Notes under the pieces: generated by a model
Database searches by the model: none
What the model was told of the DNA's origin: nothing
Seen by the model: the letters and a program-made list of their open reading frames with translations, nothing else
In this document: in pieces, positions 26,725 through 40,917 of the stretch
How positions within the stretch are numbered: position 1 is the first letter of the stretch
Layout of the letters: every line of letters begins with the position of its first letter
Assembly (NCBI RefSeq): GCF_009914755.1
Contig: NC_060928.1
DNA: 64,000 nucleotides
Direction: 5' to 3' (one strand)
Source of the DNA: the human T2T-CHM13v2.0 reference genome, Homo sapiens
Program-made: the position numbers and the translations under genes

Positions 26725-27594
26725 TGATAGGGACAGGAGGCAGGGAAATTCTGGGCCCTGCACTCCAGCCTGGAACCGCAGCCCAAAGTGAGAACGTACA
26801 TTCCTGTTTTCCCACTTGAATGCTGCCTTTTCCAAAACCACCCATGGTCCAGCCCATCCCCCATCCTGTGCCCATAAAAACCCCAGGCTCTGCTGGCAGA
26901 GAGAGGAGAAGAGGAGAAGCAGATGGATGTCAGAGACTATGGTTGGATGTTGGAGAGAAGTAGCTTGCCTTCAGAGGGACAGCTTGACAGCGTGACTTCG
27001 GATAAGAATCTGGCTGGAAACCGCTAAACTTCAGGGGAAGATCACCTTCCCACTCCATCTCCTTTCCAGCTCCCCTTCCTGCTGAGAGCCACTTCCATCA
27101 GCAATAAAATCCTCTGCATTCACCACCCTTCAATTTATTTGTGCAATCTGATTTTTCCTGGACACCGAACAAGAGCTCAAGTACCACGGGTGTGGATGCA
27201 AAAGGCTGTCACACTGACCCTCTGCCCTTGCTGGCAGAAAGTAGCCACCTCACACAAAAAGGCAGAGGGCCCACTGAGCTGTTAACACTTTAGCTGTCCA
27301 TGGACGTGGCAGAGCTAAAAGAGCACTGTAACGTGCATTCTGGGACTTCAGGGGTCATGGCACCCCCTGGATGCTGCCACGAGGCCACTATGGAGTTCGT
27401 TTCTGCCAGCACCCAAAAGCGCTCTCCCTGGCTCCTGCACCTGCTCACCTGCATACTCCCTCCTGTCAGGGGTTGAGCACAGAGGGCTCAAGTGAATGGA
27501 GTTTGCCCCTGCCAGTGCCAAAGCAGCTGGCTAGCTCCAGCACTCGCATTCCAGTTCCCTCCCACGAAGGAGCCAAGGGAAATTTCCTGTTTCA
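26725..27594 (+). mobile_element. ERV1 solo LTR, LTR1/LTR27/LTR28 group
   Basis: TGA...TCA termini (tgatagggacaggaggcagggaaatt ... aatttcctgtttca), cccataaaaacccc TATA-like element, AATAAA near 27103, 4-bp TSD atag/gtag with one mismatch. Exact subfamily uncertain. Confidence 0.88.
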
Positions 27595-29422
27595 GTAGAT
27601 ATGTAATATCCATGAATATGTAATAAGTAATAGATTAATTTATAGATGAATATTGCCACACTGTTAAGTGCAAAAATAAATACAGCAATTGTGGGAGAAA
27701 AAGTCAGCTTAGATTTGAGACACCTAATCCTATGTCTGTGCGACCACTTCCCCTAAAAATTTTATGCCTGAAACCACCAAGAATCACCTTGCTCCTTATA
27801 TAAGCTGCCGACAGTTTTTCTGTCTAGCTTTATTCATTTAGCCACAATAACCTTCACTCCGCTTCAAGGTTGCCCTGAGGCGCCTTATATCCAGCTCATG
27901 TCAGGATGTCTTGATGAAGCTTCTAAGCATGAAGTCTTGCAGCCTCCTGGAAGCTCTGCAAAGACAGCCGCAGGTGATTAGATGAAACGGACAGCAATAC
28001 CTATAGTAAGTGCTTGAATTCCATGCCTACTCCAAAATATGTGCCCTAGGCAAGAACCCAATTTACTCCCCCTGGGGCCAACTTTGAACCATCCCTTTCC
28101 TCTGTGTTTGGGTAGAAATGTTGGCACCACAGAATCTGCGGTAATGTCGCATCTTTTAGAAGATAATTTGCACTCATTAAACACGACTATAATTTGTAAC
28201 TACTGTAAATTAGTCAAATTTCTCCCTTAAATAAAATCATCACATTATGTTGAGGCCGAATGCAAAGTTTCAGTTGCCCACATTTTAATGAGTGGTGAGT
28301 TACGTGAAGGAGAGTAAAGATTTTGTGTAGACTTAATTCTTTATTTTTAACTAGCATAGTTATGTTGGAAATATGTAAGCACCGAGGTTTCAACTATCTG
28401 CAACTCAAGATGCGATATAAAATGTATTCTATTTAATGAGCTCTGCATTCCATTGACTGTTGAACTATACATCAATTGCATGCCACTTCCTTTCAACATT
28501 CAAACTGTTTAGCTCACACTAATAGGTACATTAAAAAGAATCTTGCTACAAATATGAACGCAGACATCATAGCTATATGCATTTCTGCCTAGGCTCACAC
28601 TTTTTTAAAAGCTCCTAAGAGAAATCTTCACAAAGATAAACTGTAACCCTTTTTGTGCAGTGTTTGCTAATGGAGAAAGATATGATGTGCATTTTTTCTG
28701 TACACAGCTGAACTAGTGTACAATGATATCAACTAGAAAAAATGAGAGAGTTGGAATAATCACTGTATCATTATAGACATAGGCAATTGATGAATTGTTT
28801 AGCTCTCTTTATGTCTTTGAGTACCTTTGGTGAAAAAGTGTGAAAATAACACTATTTAGAATTGTAAATTGAATCACGATGCTATCATAGTACTTTGAAA
28901 ACAATGATGGATGTTTTTAAATAGAAAGAGGGCTAAATGAGTCCTGAAATATTACAAAGGTAATCTATACTCGTAAGTAAACAGTTAATAATCTCAAAAG
29001 AGAGATTTAGAAGGCACATTATTCATTTGCTAGTGTTACAAATGGCCTTTGACTAGTTACCTATTAAGAAAGAGAAAATTATCTGAACTCCAGAATAAAA
29101 TTCACGTAAATACTGTCTGCTAAAAAAGAAAAAAAAATGAAAGAAAATTACTCGTTAAAAAGACACTTAAGAAAAAAAGCTTACTACTTGTGTTTCTAAC
29201 AGAGAATGTGAAAATAGTCCTGCTTTTACGTTGTTTTTAACATGTTTGTGAAAATACAACTTTGTAAATCAGCTTAAATAGTAGGTTTAATAAAGAGCAT
29301 CTTTAAGAAGTCAGTATGAATTGTATGTTATTATCTTCTTGGTTGTGGATCTTTAGAAAAAAATATTTAGGTGAATATTAATACTCATAGCTAGTCACAG
29401 AAGAAAATATTTTATTCTTGCT

Positions 29423-29427
<5 letters not shown>

Positions 29428-29481
<54 letters not shown>

Positions 29482-29483
29482 AC
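29428..29483. repeat. (CT)n(CA)n compound microsatellite
   Basis: Read directly. Confidence 0.95.
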
Positions 29484-32079
29484 CCATACATATATAGTTT
29501 CTCTTTATTGGAGAGCTTATTGGTTTAGATAAAAATTTCACACAAATAACAAAATATGATTTTAAAGATTGTTAGTGGCATGAAACTAATTTCTTTGCCA
29601 TAAAATCATAAAAGCACCTCCATAATGGGAGTAAAATATAGGAATGAAATCAAACTCTGTATGCTTACTAAAGCGTTGATTTTTTTCTTCTATATTATTG
29701 CACTTTGGTGTTGTATGCTGTGGAATACTGTATTTTGGACTTTGGACATTTTTGGTAGAGAGTCGAATATTTTCTATAGACATTGTATTTTGAAATTTGT
29801 GGAAATATGACAGTGTGGAAAAATAACATATCAGAAAAATGTGTTTATAAATCTGCCAGTAACACATACTTTAAATGAGTTTATTCTGCAAATGGTAGAA
29901 TTTGAGTTCTCCTAGAATTTAAAATAAGTACAGATTTAGTCATTAACATTAAATTCCCTGGTAACCATATATATAAATACAGTCATAGTGTTATTTTCTT
30001 AAAACATGGAGAGTGGTTACACAAATACCTCATGAAACATATAGGCTAACCATTTCCCTTCATTTTGCATAAATTGGCCATGGAATTTTGCTATATAAAT
30101 GTAACCTTCAATGTAATTTGATACCCTTTCAAATGGTTTCTGCAGTCAAAAAAAATCTTGAATTATATCATGTATGTTACTAATATTGGCTTCTCTGCAA
30201 GGTTGAGTAAACAGAAAATAAAATGAAAACATCTGCAGAAAGTGATCCCAGTATGAACTACTGCCATAGCATTTCATTCCAATCAGAATCACTGTTTACT
30301 TTCAATATTAAGACCAGCAGTAGGTAAGACCACTGGCTGAAAATTAAAAGCTAATCTATGGAAAATTGTGGCCAAGGGATGTGTAGTCTACATTTGAACA
30401 TTTGTTAAATAAATAATGAAACATAAGAAAGAGGCCAAAACCTTTCAGAAATCCTTGGATTTTATTTATACCCTGATGCCCACATCAGCACGCTGCAATT
30501 CTCACAGTGGGGCCATTTTGACCATCTGGGGCCTGGAGTGAGCCACAGCTCATCAGACAGTGTCCTTCTCATTTGCTTAGTCAATTGTTTTTAAAGAGCT
30601 TTGAGATTTCTTTTGCAGGAAAGTTGATTTTTTTTTGGAACATACTACTCATTTTTGTTTTTTGAACGTCTTCTTTCCAATAAAACTGCTATAAAACCTC
30701 TTCCAATTCACACTGCAATTTGATGAATTACCTTCTCAGGATTTCATTATAAATGTGTTTGAAAGTGCTACTGCAGAGAATGAGGTGTTTGGAAATAACA
30801 GATAGTTACAGGGCAAATGAAAAGCTGTACATTGAAATGCTTTGAGTTCTGAGTATACCAATAAGCAGTTCATTTAATTCCTTAGAGCATCTGTGTACTA
30901 CATTATTATTATTAGGCAGGGTTATTTTATTAATATAAAATAGAATGCATCTGTGCTGGAGAAGAATCCCACACCACGTGTATGACAGGCCTGACCTATG
31001 AGCAAACCACAGAATCCAGTGGAGTCTGGTTTGTGATTAAGGGCAATGATACATGACATCTTCTAGCCATGCAGTGAAGTCAGGTGACCTTACTGAGCTA
31101 TGTAACTTCATGATTTTGTAATCATTTCTTTTAAGGGTTTAAAAGTTCATTTTATATTGCAAATACACTCCAGAATAAATGTACAGCAAATCTGTGTGAG
31201 ATAAGTTTATTCTCCATCTTAAAACCAGACTTATCAAGGTTCCGAATTCCTCCCCACCCAATTTATTGGCTATTCCTGGTATACTCATTTTAATGAAATC
31301 TGAAGTATTAGAATTATACAATCGCTCATCTGCAGGACATGTGAGGGTTTAACCTGACCAAAGAGAACAAGTCTGTTATCCCATAACAGAGATCGGAGAC
31401 TTTAAGACTGATTGTTTACTGTTTTCAGCATTATTACCATCAATTTTTTTTTATTTTAGTAAAACAGCATTTCATCTCAACCTAAAAGGTTTCTAAACGT
31501 TTACCATTTTGTGATGGTGTTTTAATATTTTTGGAGTTCCAGCCAATTATTAAAATCAGATTGGCTGTATAAAATGAAACAAGGAATTCAACATCAGTTT
31601 TAATTTGACTGACTTATTGATAGGGTCAGCGACTGCAAACCCTGACTTACCTGTGTCACAGTTAAACCACTTGTTTCACAGATCTGCATAGAACATACTT
31701 CATCCCTGAAACCAGAACGTGTGGTGCAGTACATGCGTCTCTCACCTGGCTTCCCGTAAGTAAGGTGACAGCAGTAGCAATATCTGGTGGAATGACATGT
31801 TCCTTAGGATTTGGAGTAACATGAATACAATGGGTGCAAAGGAGTCAGTGTCTAGCCCTTTCCCCTACTTTTGATTTAGAAGAGATATAAAACCAGGGCC
31901 CAGGGTAGGGTAGGCCTTCTCAAATTCTTGCTGAACCAATAAAGCAATGAATTAACTAATGCTTTATTTCTGAAAAGGGCTTTGGAATAATTCATATTAG
32001 GTAAAATTTTACTTAATTTATTAGAGTTTAAGAAGCAGAAGTACATTAATAATTATTGCTATATTTTTTTTTCTTTTCT

Positions 32080-32481
<402 letters not shown>

Positions 32482-32589
32482 TAAGTTCAAAATTATTTTA
32501 ATCTTGATGATTATCGTGAAAAAGACAGAAGTTAAAATGTCCAGTCTTGGAATTACTGAAGATTAACAATAATTTTAAACAAATATATG

Positions 32590-32960
32590 TGTTTTTTATA
32601 TATATATAATATTTTATATAATATAATATATAATGTTTTATATATAATATATAATATATAATGTTTTATATATAATATATATAATGTTTTATATATAATA
32701 TATAATATATAATGTTTTATATATAATATATAATGTTTTATATATAATATATAATGTTTTATATATATTATATATAATATATAATGTTTTATATATATTA
32801 TATATAATATATAATGTTTTATATATATTATATATAATATATAATGTTTTTTATATATATTATATATAATATATAATGTTTTTTATATATATTATATATA
32901 ATATATAATGTTTTTTATATATATTATATATAATATATAATGTTTTTATATATATATAAA
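32590..32960. repeat. AT-rich minisatellite (~20-32 bp units)
   Basis: About a dozen copies of tatataatatataatgtttt(tt)atata, with later units near-identical. Confidence 0.93.
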
Positions 32961-32961
32961 C

Positions 32962-34705
32962 AGTCTATCTGGTATACATTGATTCATTCATTCATTTGAT
33001 AACAACTTGTTGAAAAGGCTGATAGACAGTAAGAAACTCAAGAAATACAGACCTGTATTCACTGTGACAGACACTAGAATCATGGTTAGAAGGATAAGTC
33101 ACAGGAAAGATGATGATAAATAAATGAAGATATTCAGTATTATTTTGATTGCTAGAAGACGTAAATGTCTATTTACTTTTATTATGACCCATTATCTTTA
33201 CCAAATGGCTTTTATTATAAAGAACCCGTGTAAAACATAGATATATTGGAAAGTAAATTACAAAAAGTACTCCATCGTTTTCAGTTGTGATATAGACCTA
33301 GCTGATCTCTGGTTCTACACATTGTCCAAGTGAACACAAAATATGTCTCTCCAGTTGGAAAGAGGAAACTTAGTTTGATTCAGACATTTCTCATTTTCTG
33401 TTGTGACTTTTCCTGTTTTAGCAGAATTATATATTTTTTATTTTATCTCCAGCGGGTTAGTGATGTTTATTAAGTGGGAGAGCTCCATGAGTAAGTTATA
33501 CTGCATTTTATTTATTCTTTTATGGTTATTCAAATAATTCAGGATGACATAATTTAAAGACAAAAAACTCATAAACATTGCATGCCTATATGTCTGTTTC
33601 ACAAATTACAACATATATAAATAATAAAAACTCTTTTAGCACCAAGAAACGCAATATTCATCTATTGTTATTCTTTTCAACTAGCTATTTAAGGTAACTA
33701 TCAGATACCTATAAATATATACAATTATTTTTAAGCACAATATTATAAAATGCATTATACTAGTATATACATATATATATTGTCTCTTTCCCTCTGTCTC
33801 TATATATAGAGAAAATATATAAATATAAATGTATAAAACATATAAATATATATGTTATAAATATATGTATATTTATATGTTTATATATCCCCACCATAAT
33901 TGGCTGGGCATGGTGGATATATACACAGAATAGATATAGATATATGTGTGTATGTATACATATATACATATATAGAGAGATCCTAAATACAGAGAGATAG
34001 AATATATATAGTCTAGTATTTTGGTGTACATCGGTTCATTCATTCATTTGATAATGACTTGTTGAAAAGACTGATAGTAAGGAGCCAGGAAATACAGACC
34101 TGTACTCATTGTGACAGACAGTAGAATCACAGTTAGAAGGACAAGTCACTGGAGAGAAGATGAAAAATAAATGAATATATTCCTATATATCTAGCTGTAT
34201 CACATATAATAATGGAATATAATATATAACCTATATAATACATATAATATAACCTATATAATAACTGAAAAAGATGGAGTTTGGTAATTTTCTGACATTT
34301 TTCATAATATGTATTTATATATATAACATTTTATACAATATATAACCTATATAATGACTGAAAATGATGGAGTTTGGTAATTTTCTGTCTGACATTTTAT
34401 TCTGCTGGTACTTTTTGTAATTTACTTTCCAACAAATCTATGCTTTACATGGGCTCTTTATAATAAAAGTTATTTGGTAAAGATAATGGGTCATAATAAA
34501 AGTAAATAAACATTGACTTCTTCTAGCACAGGGCTTTCCCTAACAGTGATTGCATTTTAAATTTCTGCAGTTAGGGTAGCACAAGGCCCTTATACAAATG
34601 TATTTTATTTTTAAGGGTTTGTTTTTGAAAGAATGACTCACCCAGCCTTGAAACTGGGTGGTCCATCAGACCTCATTCCAGCTAGCACAGGGCTTTCCCT
34701 AACAG
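32962..34705. repeat. Local direct plus inverted duplication mosaic
   Basis: 32962-33135 recurs directly at 34010-34182; 33150-33270 recurs inverted at 34408-34528; 34247-34301 recurs at 34338-34398; ctagcacagggctttccctaacag at 34523-34546 and 34682-34705. Confidence 0.92.
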
Positions 34706-34831
34706 GGACCTGTTTCAGAACATAGATATTTGTTTGCTTGTGACAGCTGCCTTTGGGGTTTTCTAAATACAGAGAGAGAGAGATCTTTGGTTTCTCTCTC
34801 TCTCTTTCTACCTATGTATAGATAGATAGGG

Positions 34832-34846
34832 GTGTGTGTGTGTGTC

Positions 34847-34885
<39 letters not shown>

Positions 34886-34951
34886 GTATATATATACACA
34901 ACTGAAATAGTGACTCTATATATATAGATATGTATAGATATAGATGTGTAT

Positions 34952-35016
<65 letters not shown>
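34832..35016. repeat. (TG)n(TA)n and (TA)n(GA)n microsatellites
   Basis: Read directly; the distal tract occupies the tail position of the adjacent FLAM. Confidence 0.9.
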
Positions 35017-35019
<3 letters not shown>

Positions 35020-35121
35020 TATGCTGCCCAGGCTGATCTTGAACTCCTGGCCTTAAGCAATTCTCCCACTTCAGCGTCCCAAAATGTTGAGATAACAAGT
35101 GTGAGCCAGTGCTCCCAGGCT
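35017..35121 (-). mobile_element. FLAM_C / AluJ left monomer
   Basis: cactatgctgcccaggctgatcttgaactcctggcctt...cccaaaatgttgagataacaagtgtgagcc. Confidence 0.85.
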
Positions 35122-38100
35122 AGAATATTTTTTATCTTCAAATAAAAAGCAACATATAAGCTCTCTAGTTGAACAAAAGTAGCTGAAAATAGAATATAAG
35201 TTTATTATTATGGAACATTGTCTTTTGTAAGTTTTATTGCATTCTGTGCTGAAAGATTCTGTTTCTGAAACAGTTTTTACCTTATGTAGCCTTATATAAG
35301 AGCAATACTGGTATGAAACAAAAAGCCTAAATAGGTTTTTTAAACTTTAACTATAGATTAAGGAACATATTGGCCAGTCAAAATACCTAGCGAGGGGCCA
35401 ATTGTAAATGATGCAGTGACGTATACACAATGTACACCAGCTCACAACGCTTTTCTCCATTCATGGACCTTTCATAAGCCACAGCTACACCAAGGCCGAG
35501 GCCTATAGATCTAAAGGAGCAACTTACTTTTATATTCCAGTTTCTATCTTATTATAATATGACTATAAACCGAGTCACTGGCAATCACACAAAGCCTTGT
35601 TTACAGAGTATCTGTACATCAATAGTATTACTACATACAGGCCCTCTCCACAAACATTAAGAATGGTATGGAAATGAAATATTACTATGTAATATTTTTG
35701 TTTTGCATTTCCAGATTATTTTGATCATTCTATGGAGACAGAAAATGTAAAACACTGAGAGAAGAATAGTTCCCTAAAAGAACTTTTCAAAAAAAGTAAA
35801 TTTGAATGAGCATATATAAATATAGATGTAGGTAGGTCAAATGAAATTAGCTACTTAGTGAAATGAATTTTTTATTGTTTGCTCTAGCAAACATCCAGAA
35901 ATGGCCAACAACTAAGCAGCCAGAGATTTTTTTGTTGAGCACCCAAATTTATCTATTTCATTTTAATTTACCATACACAATAAAGTAATTAAGGCAATCA
36001 CTGTTTTATTGTCTGCCTATTTCAAGGATTTAAGGGAAGTTAAATGAGGCACAATGGCCCACCTGCTAAAACATCTTGAACTTATATTGCATTTCAGAGC
36101 ATTTGTTCCAAAGACCTGGCGTGCTTGGCTTAGATATTAAACACCCCATGTGTTGTATGTCTTAGTATCTGAAGATAACTTCCAATAAATTTAAAGTATA
36201 AAACAATCCGGTTTGGTATAAAAGTAATAACATCCTTTACTATGAAGCATGCAGGCTCTCTCTAAATACCTATGGTTCATGCACATTTTACCCACTATTT
36301 CAAAAACAGTCAATGAAAATCTGGCCAGATATCAGTATTTAATTTTCCCCATGCTAAGTTTCAGACTCCATGTTGAGTTCAGCTGCTGAGAACTGGAAAC
36401 GAATATGAGATTTTTTTTATTGTCTTGTTTTGGAGAATGGAGACCACAGGATTCTATGACGTGAGCTTGTTGAACCCTCATCTCACTAAATGTGCACAGC
36501 TCTCCCTCATGACTAAAACGCACTGTCTGTTGTGAATGGCTTTGTTTTAGCCTCAGTTTTAATAGAGCCAGAGGCAAATGTAACAGTATTTTAAGGTACG
36601 TTTGCCTGGTAACTGCTGTAAATGTTTTAGAGGTATTTATAAGACAACATTTTTTGTATGCAAATTTTTATACAATCCACATGGTAAATAAGTGCATTTC
36701 CACATGAAGTCTATGATAACACAGCATTTTGATGTTCTCTATGAGTAAGAATGTCATAGTTCACCACTGATAGGCGTGTATGTTTTTAATTTTCTTGTCT
36801 AGCCAACTATTTGCTTTCTGCGGTGTTAACTATTTCTTTCCTTAACTTTTTATTCAGTTGTGTTGCTTTAATTCTTCCCCAAAGAGTTTGAGTATTTTAT
36901 GAACCTTCACATTTTGACCTGTAAATCATCAATCTTACAAGCTTTAATTTGGAAAAAAAAATTACAAAGAGCTGAAAACTGACTTTCTGAACCAAAATTG
37001 CTTTCTTAACATATATTTTTAAAGAGGGAAATTACTATGACAGGTTGATTGCAATTTAAAACATCATCTTCTGTGGATTACAAGTATTTTAAGGTTCATA
37101 ATTTCCATAATTATTTTTTCTGCCTATAAAAATGCTTCAAATTTAATTGAAAATAACATCTGTATTAATTTCTATCATTTAGGATGAAAGTTGATTGTTT
37201 CTAGAGTTTGTAATTCTCTGAAGTGTTGCATATCAAACTGTGTTCTCTACAGAATTTAAATCATAAAATAAAATGTGCATATTTTCCCCTGCAGGAATTC
37301 TATTTGAATCAAGCCCATCTTTAATTCTTGTCAGAATGCACCATTAATAATTTATTAACATTTATTGTAGTTTATACCATACACCTTAATACACCTTAAG
37401 CTGTTTTAAATACATATAAATTACAATTTGAATATTATTTTATACAGCTTCTTCAGTGCTTGATTCATCTGTTACAAATTTAAATAATCTCCTCATTGTA
37501 CTGGGCATTTGGGGATACTACTTGCAGGAACAGGGTTTAAGTAGGAGAAACTGAAGTCAAACTGTTAAGTGCCTGATTGCAGTAGGATGTGCCACTCTGT
37601 GATTTTGTGTCTCTTCGTTTGCTTTAATTAAAAAATATCATTCTTTAAAATATTTTGGGGCTGCTAGAGTATGTGGGAGTCAATTTTTGAGTGATTACAG
37701 TTTAAAATCCAGAGATAGTATAAAATGTAATACATTCATTACAAACAGTATTAACAATAGCTTTTGCAAGAAAAGGATCTTGGAGTAAAAGTTAATTTCA
37801 AATGGTTCAAGTGTTTTCATTCTACAAAATTGGGAAATGGAAGTGTGTATTAAATAATTAACTGGGAAATGAAAATGTGTATTAAGTTTATGACATTGTC
37901 TTCTCCTAAAATGGTAAATGATTAGCTATAGAAAGAATGCAAATAAGACTTCCTTTCTCTTTTGATGTGGTACTCCAAGATATCAGAGCACCATTCAAAC
38001 AGGGGAATACTAAGTTTAAAAAATTATTTTTGCAATCTATTCCTACATTACAGAGCATACTGCTCTAGTTAATATATTTCAAACCTGAAGGATTTGTTAC

Positions 38101-38855
38101 ACAGAAAACAGTCTAGAGCAAATATGTGTATGTAAGTGTGTATGTGTATTTATTGCACTTATTTACATATATATGACATAGGTACATTTATATATGTACA
38201 TATATTTTTCTACACTATTTTCTGCATGCACACACACATATATATGCTGTATAGGAAGTATTCTGGATTCCTTTTGAATGCTTGCTGCATGTTACTTACA
38301 TAATTAGGGCCATCTGCTCTGTTATTACAAACTTCCGAGAACTGGCATTCTGTGATATGACTGCAAATCATTAAGCAGCCTGTTAAAAGAATAAGCATGC
38401 GCCATACTACTAAGAGATCCTCAAAAATCTTGCACGGATATACTATATGATCCTGAAGAAGTAATGGATTAGTGAATGATAATTATAAAACATTCTTTTA
38501 TTGGTGAATGTTGTTTAACATTTTATGTATAAATAATGCTTATTTTCCAAGAGTAAAGAAAAATTTAGAGGAAGCTGCAAAAATAACCTCCCTGTCCTAA
38601 GAAGTGCATATTTAAAGAATAATATCAACATCATGACAGCATAGTTAAAAATATCCCAAAATGAAATTGTCTCTATTTATTGCTAATGTTAAGGCACAGC
38701 AGCACCACTCACCCAACAAGATTTTAGAATCACATACTATATTAGAAACCAAATAAATTCCTTTGTTGTTGCCTTCTACAATAATGGGCTTTTATTACAG
38801 ATTTAGCTGGTCATATAAATAGCTGAATTCTGAATTTTAAAACTGATAAGGTTGA

Positions 38856-39150
38856 GGCCGGGCACGGTGGCTCACACCTGTAATCCCAACACTTTGGAAG
38901 GCTGAGGCGGGCAGATCACTTGAGGTCAGGAGTTCGAGACCAGCCTGACCAACATGGTGAAACCCTGTCTCTACGAAAAATATAAAAGTTAGGCAGTTGT
39001 GGTGGTGGATGCCTGTAATCCCAGCTGCAGCAGGAGAATCACTTGAACCCAGGAGGTGGAGGATGCAGTGAACCTAGATCACACCACTGCACTCCAGCCT
39101 GGGTGACACAGTTAGACTCCATCTCAAAAATAAATACATAAAATAATAAA
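38856..39150 (+). mobile_element. AluS (Sz/Sx-like) with ~14-bp right-arm deletion
   Basis: Full dimer; degenerate TSD aaaactgataaggttga / aaaatggataagtttga. Confidence 0.94.
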
Positions 39151-39355
39151 ATGGATAAGTTTGAAATATCGTTACCAGGTTATTTTTTTTAAATTGCTCA
39201 AGAAGCAATAAAATATTTATCTTTGGTTTAACTTGTTTTTTGGTTTTTAACTTATCGCAGATCTCAATACTCTTGTGTACTCACATGCAATGTAGGTTTC
39301 CCATAATCAACTTTATGCATTCCCTCATAGTTTATAGAAAAGTAGTTGTATCTAC

Positions 39356-39659
39356 TTTTTTTTTTTTTTTTTTTTTTTGAGAGGGAGTGTAGCTCTGTCG
39401 CCCAGGCTGGAGCGCCATGGTGTGATCTCAGCTCACTGCAAGCTCCCCCTCCTGGGTTCACGCCATTCTCCTGCCTCAGCCTCCTGAGTAGCTGGGACTA
39501 CAGGCGCCCGCCAACATGCCCGGCTAGTTTTTTGTATTTTTAGTAGAGATGGGATTTCACCGTGTTATCCAGGATGGTCTCGATCTCCTGACCTCGTGAT
39601 CTGCCCACCTCGGCCTCCCAAAGTGCTGGGATTACAGGCGTGAGCCACCGCGCCCGGCC
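39356..39659 (-). mobile_element. AluY
   Basis: caagctcc, ttcacgccattctcc and accgtgtta diagnostics; T23 tail. Confidence 0.95.
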
Positions 39660-40602
39660 ATATTTACATTATTTTAAGTGTTCCCTGTTCTTCATATCGA
39701 TACCATTACATTCAGTTTTAAGATGTGTTAAAAGTTACTCTTTCCACATACTGATGTCTTCTCATTGAGGGTACATTCCTTGGTCATTCTCTTAAGCACA
39801 TTGCCATTATCTCTTCCTTCTATAAGGTGATCTAAAAGATGATCTTAAGAAACAATTACCATTCTCATTTTAAGGATTTCAGTCTGTAAAGTTAAAGAAC
39901 CAGATACACGTGTAATGTTCCCCTGTTTGGATGGTGTCTGAGATTGCAACGACATTCTGAGCCAATTTGCTGTGCAATTCCTGACCGCCAACTGCACTCG
40001 GACCCTGGCCAGGCATCTTGAAAGTGCAGGACTCTAGACTCCAGCAGACAAAATGTAAATGGATCAAAAACTGTTTCATCACATTCACTAAACTATCTCC
40101 ATATTATTACTATAATTTTATAGAAGAAAAAAATGTTTTATTTAAAAAGTCTTGTCTAGTAATAACCTTGATCAAGAATAACAGGATTTCTTCATAACTT
40201 CAGCTCAAAACATATGTTGAACTTTACCAACAAAATTCCCAAAAAGTCACACTTAGATTCTGTGGATAAATACTTATCACTTCCTCTGAAATGTTATTTG
40301 TCTAGGATATTGGCGAAAACTTTTACCATGGTTTGTTTTTTTTTAAATTACTTAGAATACAGTAATTTTTGGATGACAATACCTAGGGATAAAATCTATT
40401 GTCTGTTTATGAAGCTACAAGCATGGTAAGAAATGTTAAGGATTGAACAAGCAGCTTTTAGACTTCATTCAGTTTACAGAGATCTACCTTATATTTCTGC
40501 CTTGAATGTTAAATGTTAAAAGCAAATGATGATCTAAAAAAAAATGGTGCTGGATTCATAATAACAGTGAAAAGAGATATATAGCACAAATTATTAGGGA
40601 TT

Positions 40603-40917
<315 letters not shown>

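Noticed and set aside
27794-27892. Two ccttatat motifs as SRF CArG boxes
   Set aside because: Neither fits CC(A/T)6GG.
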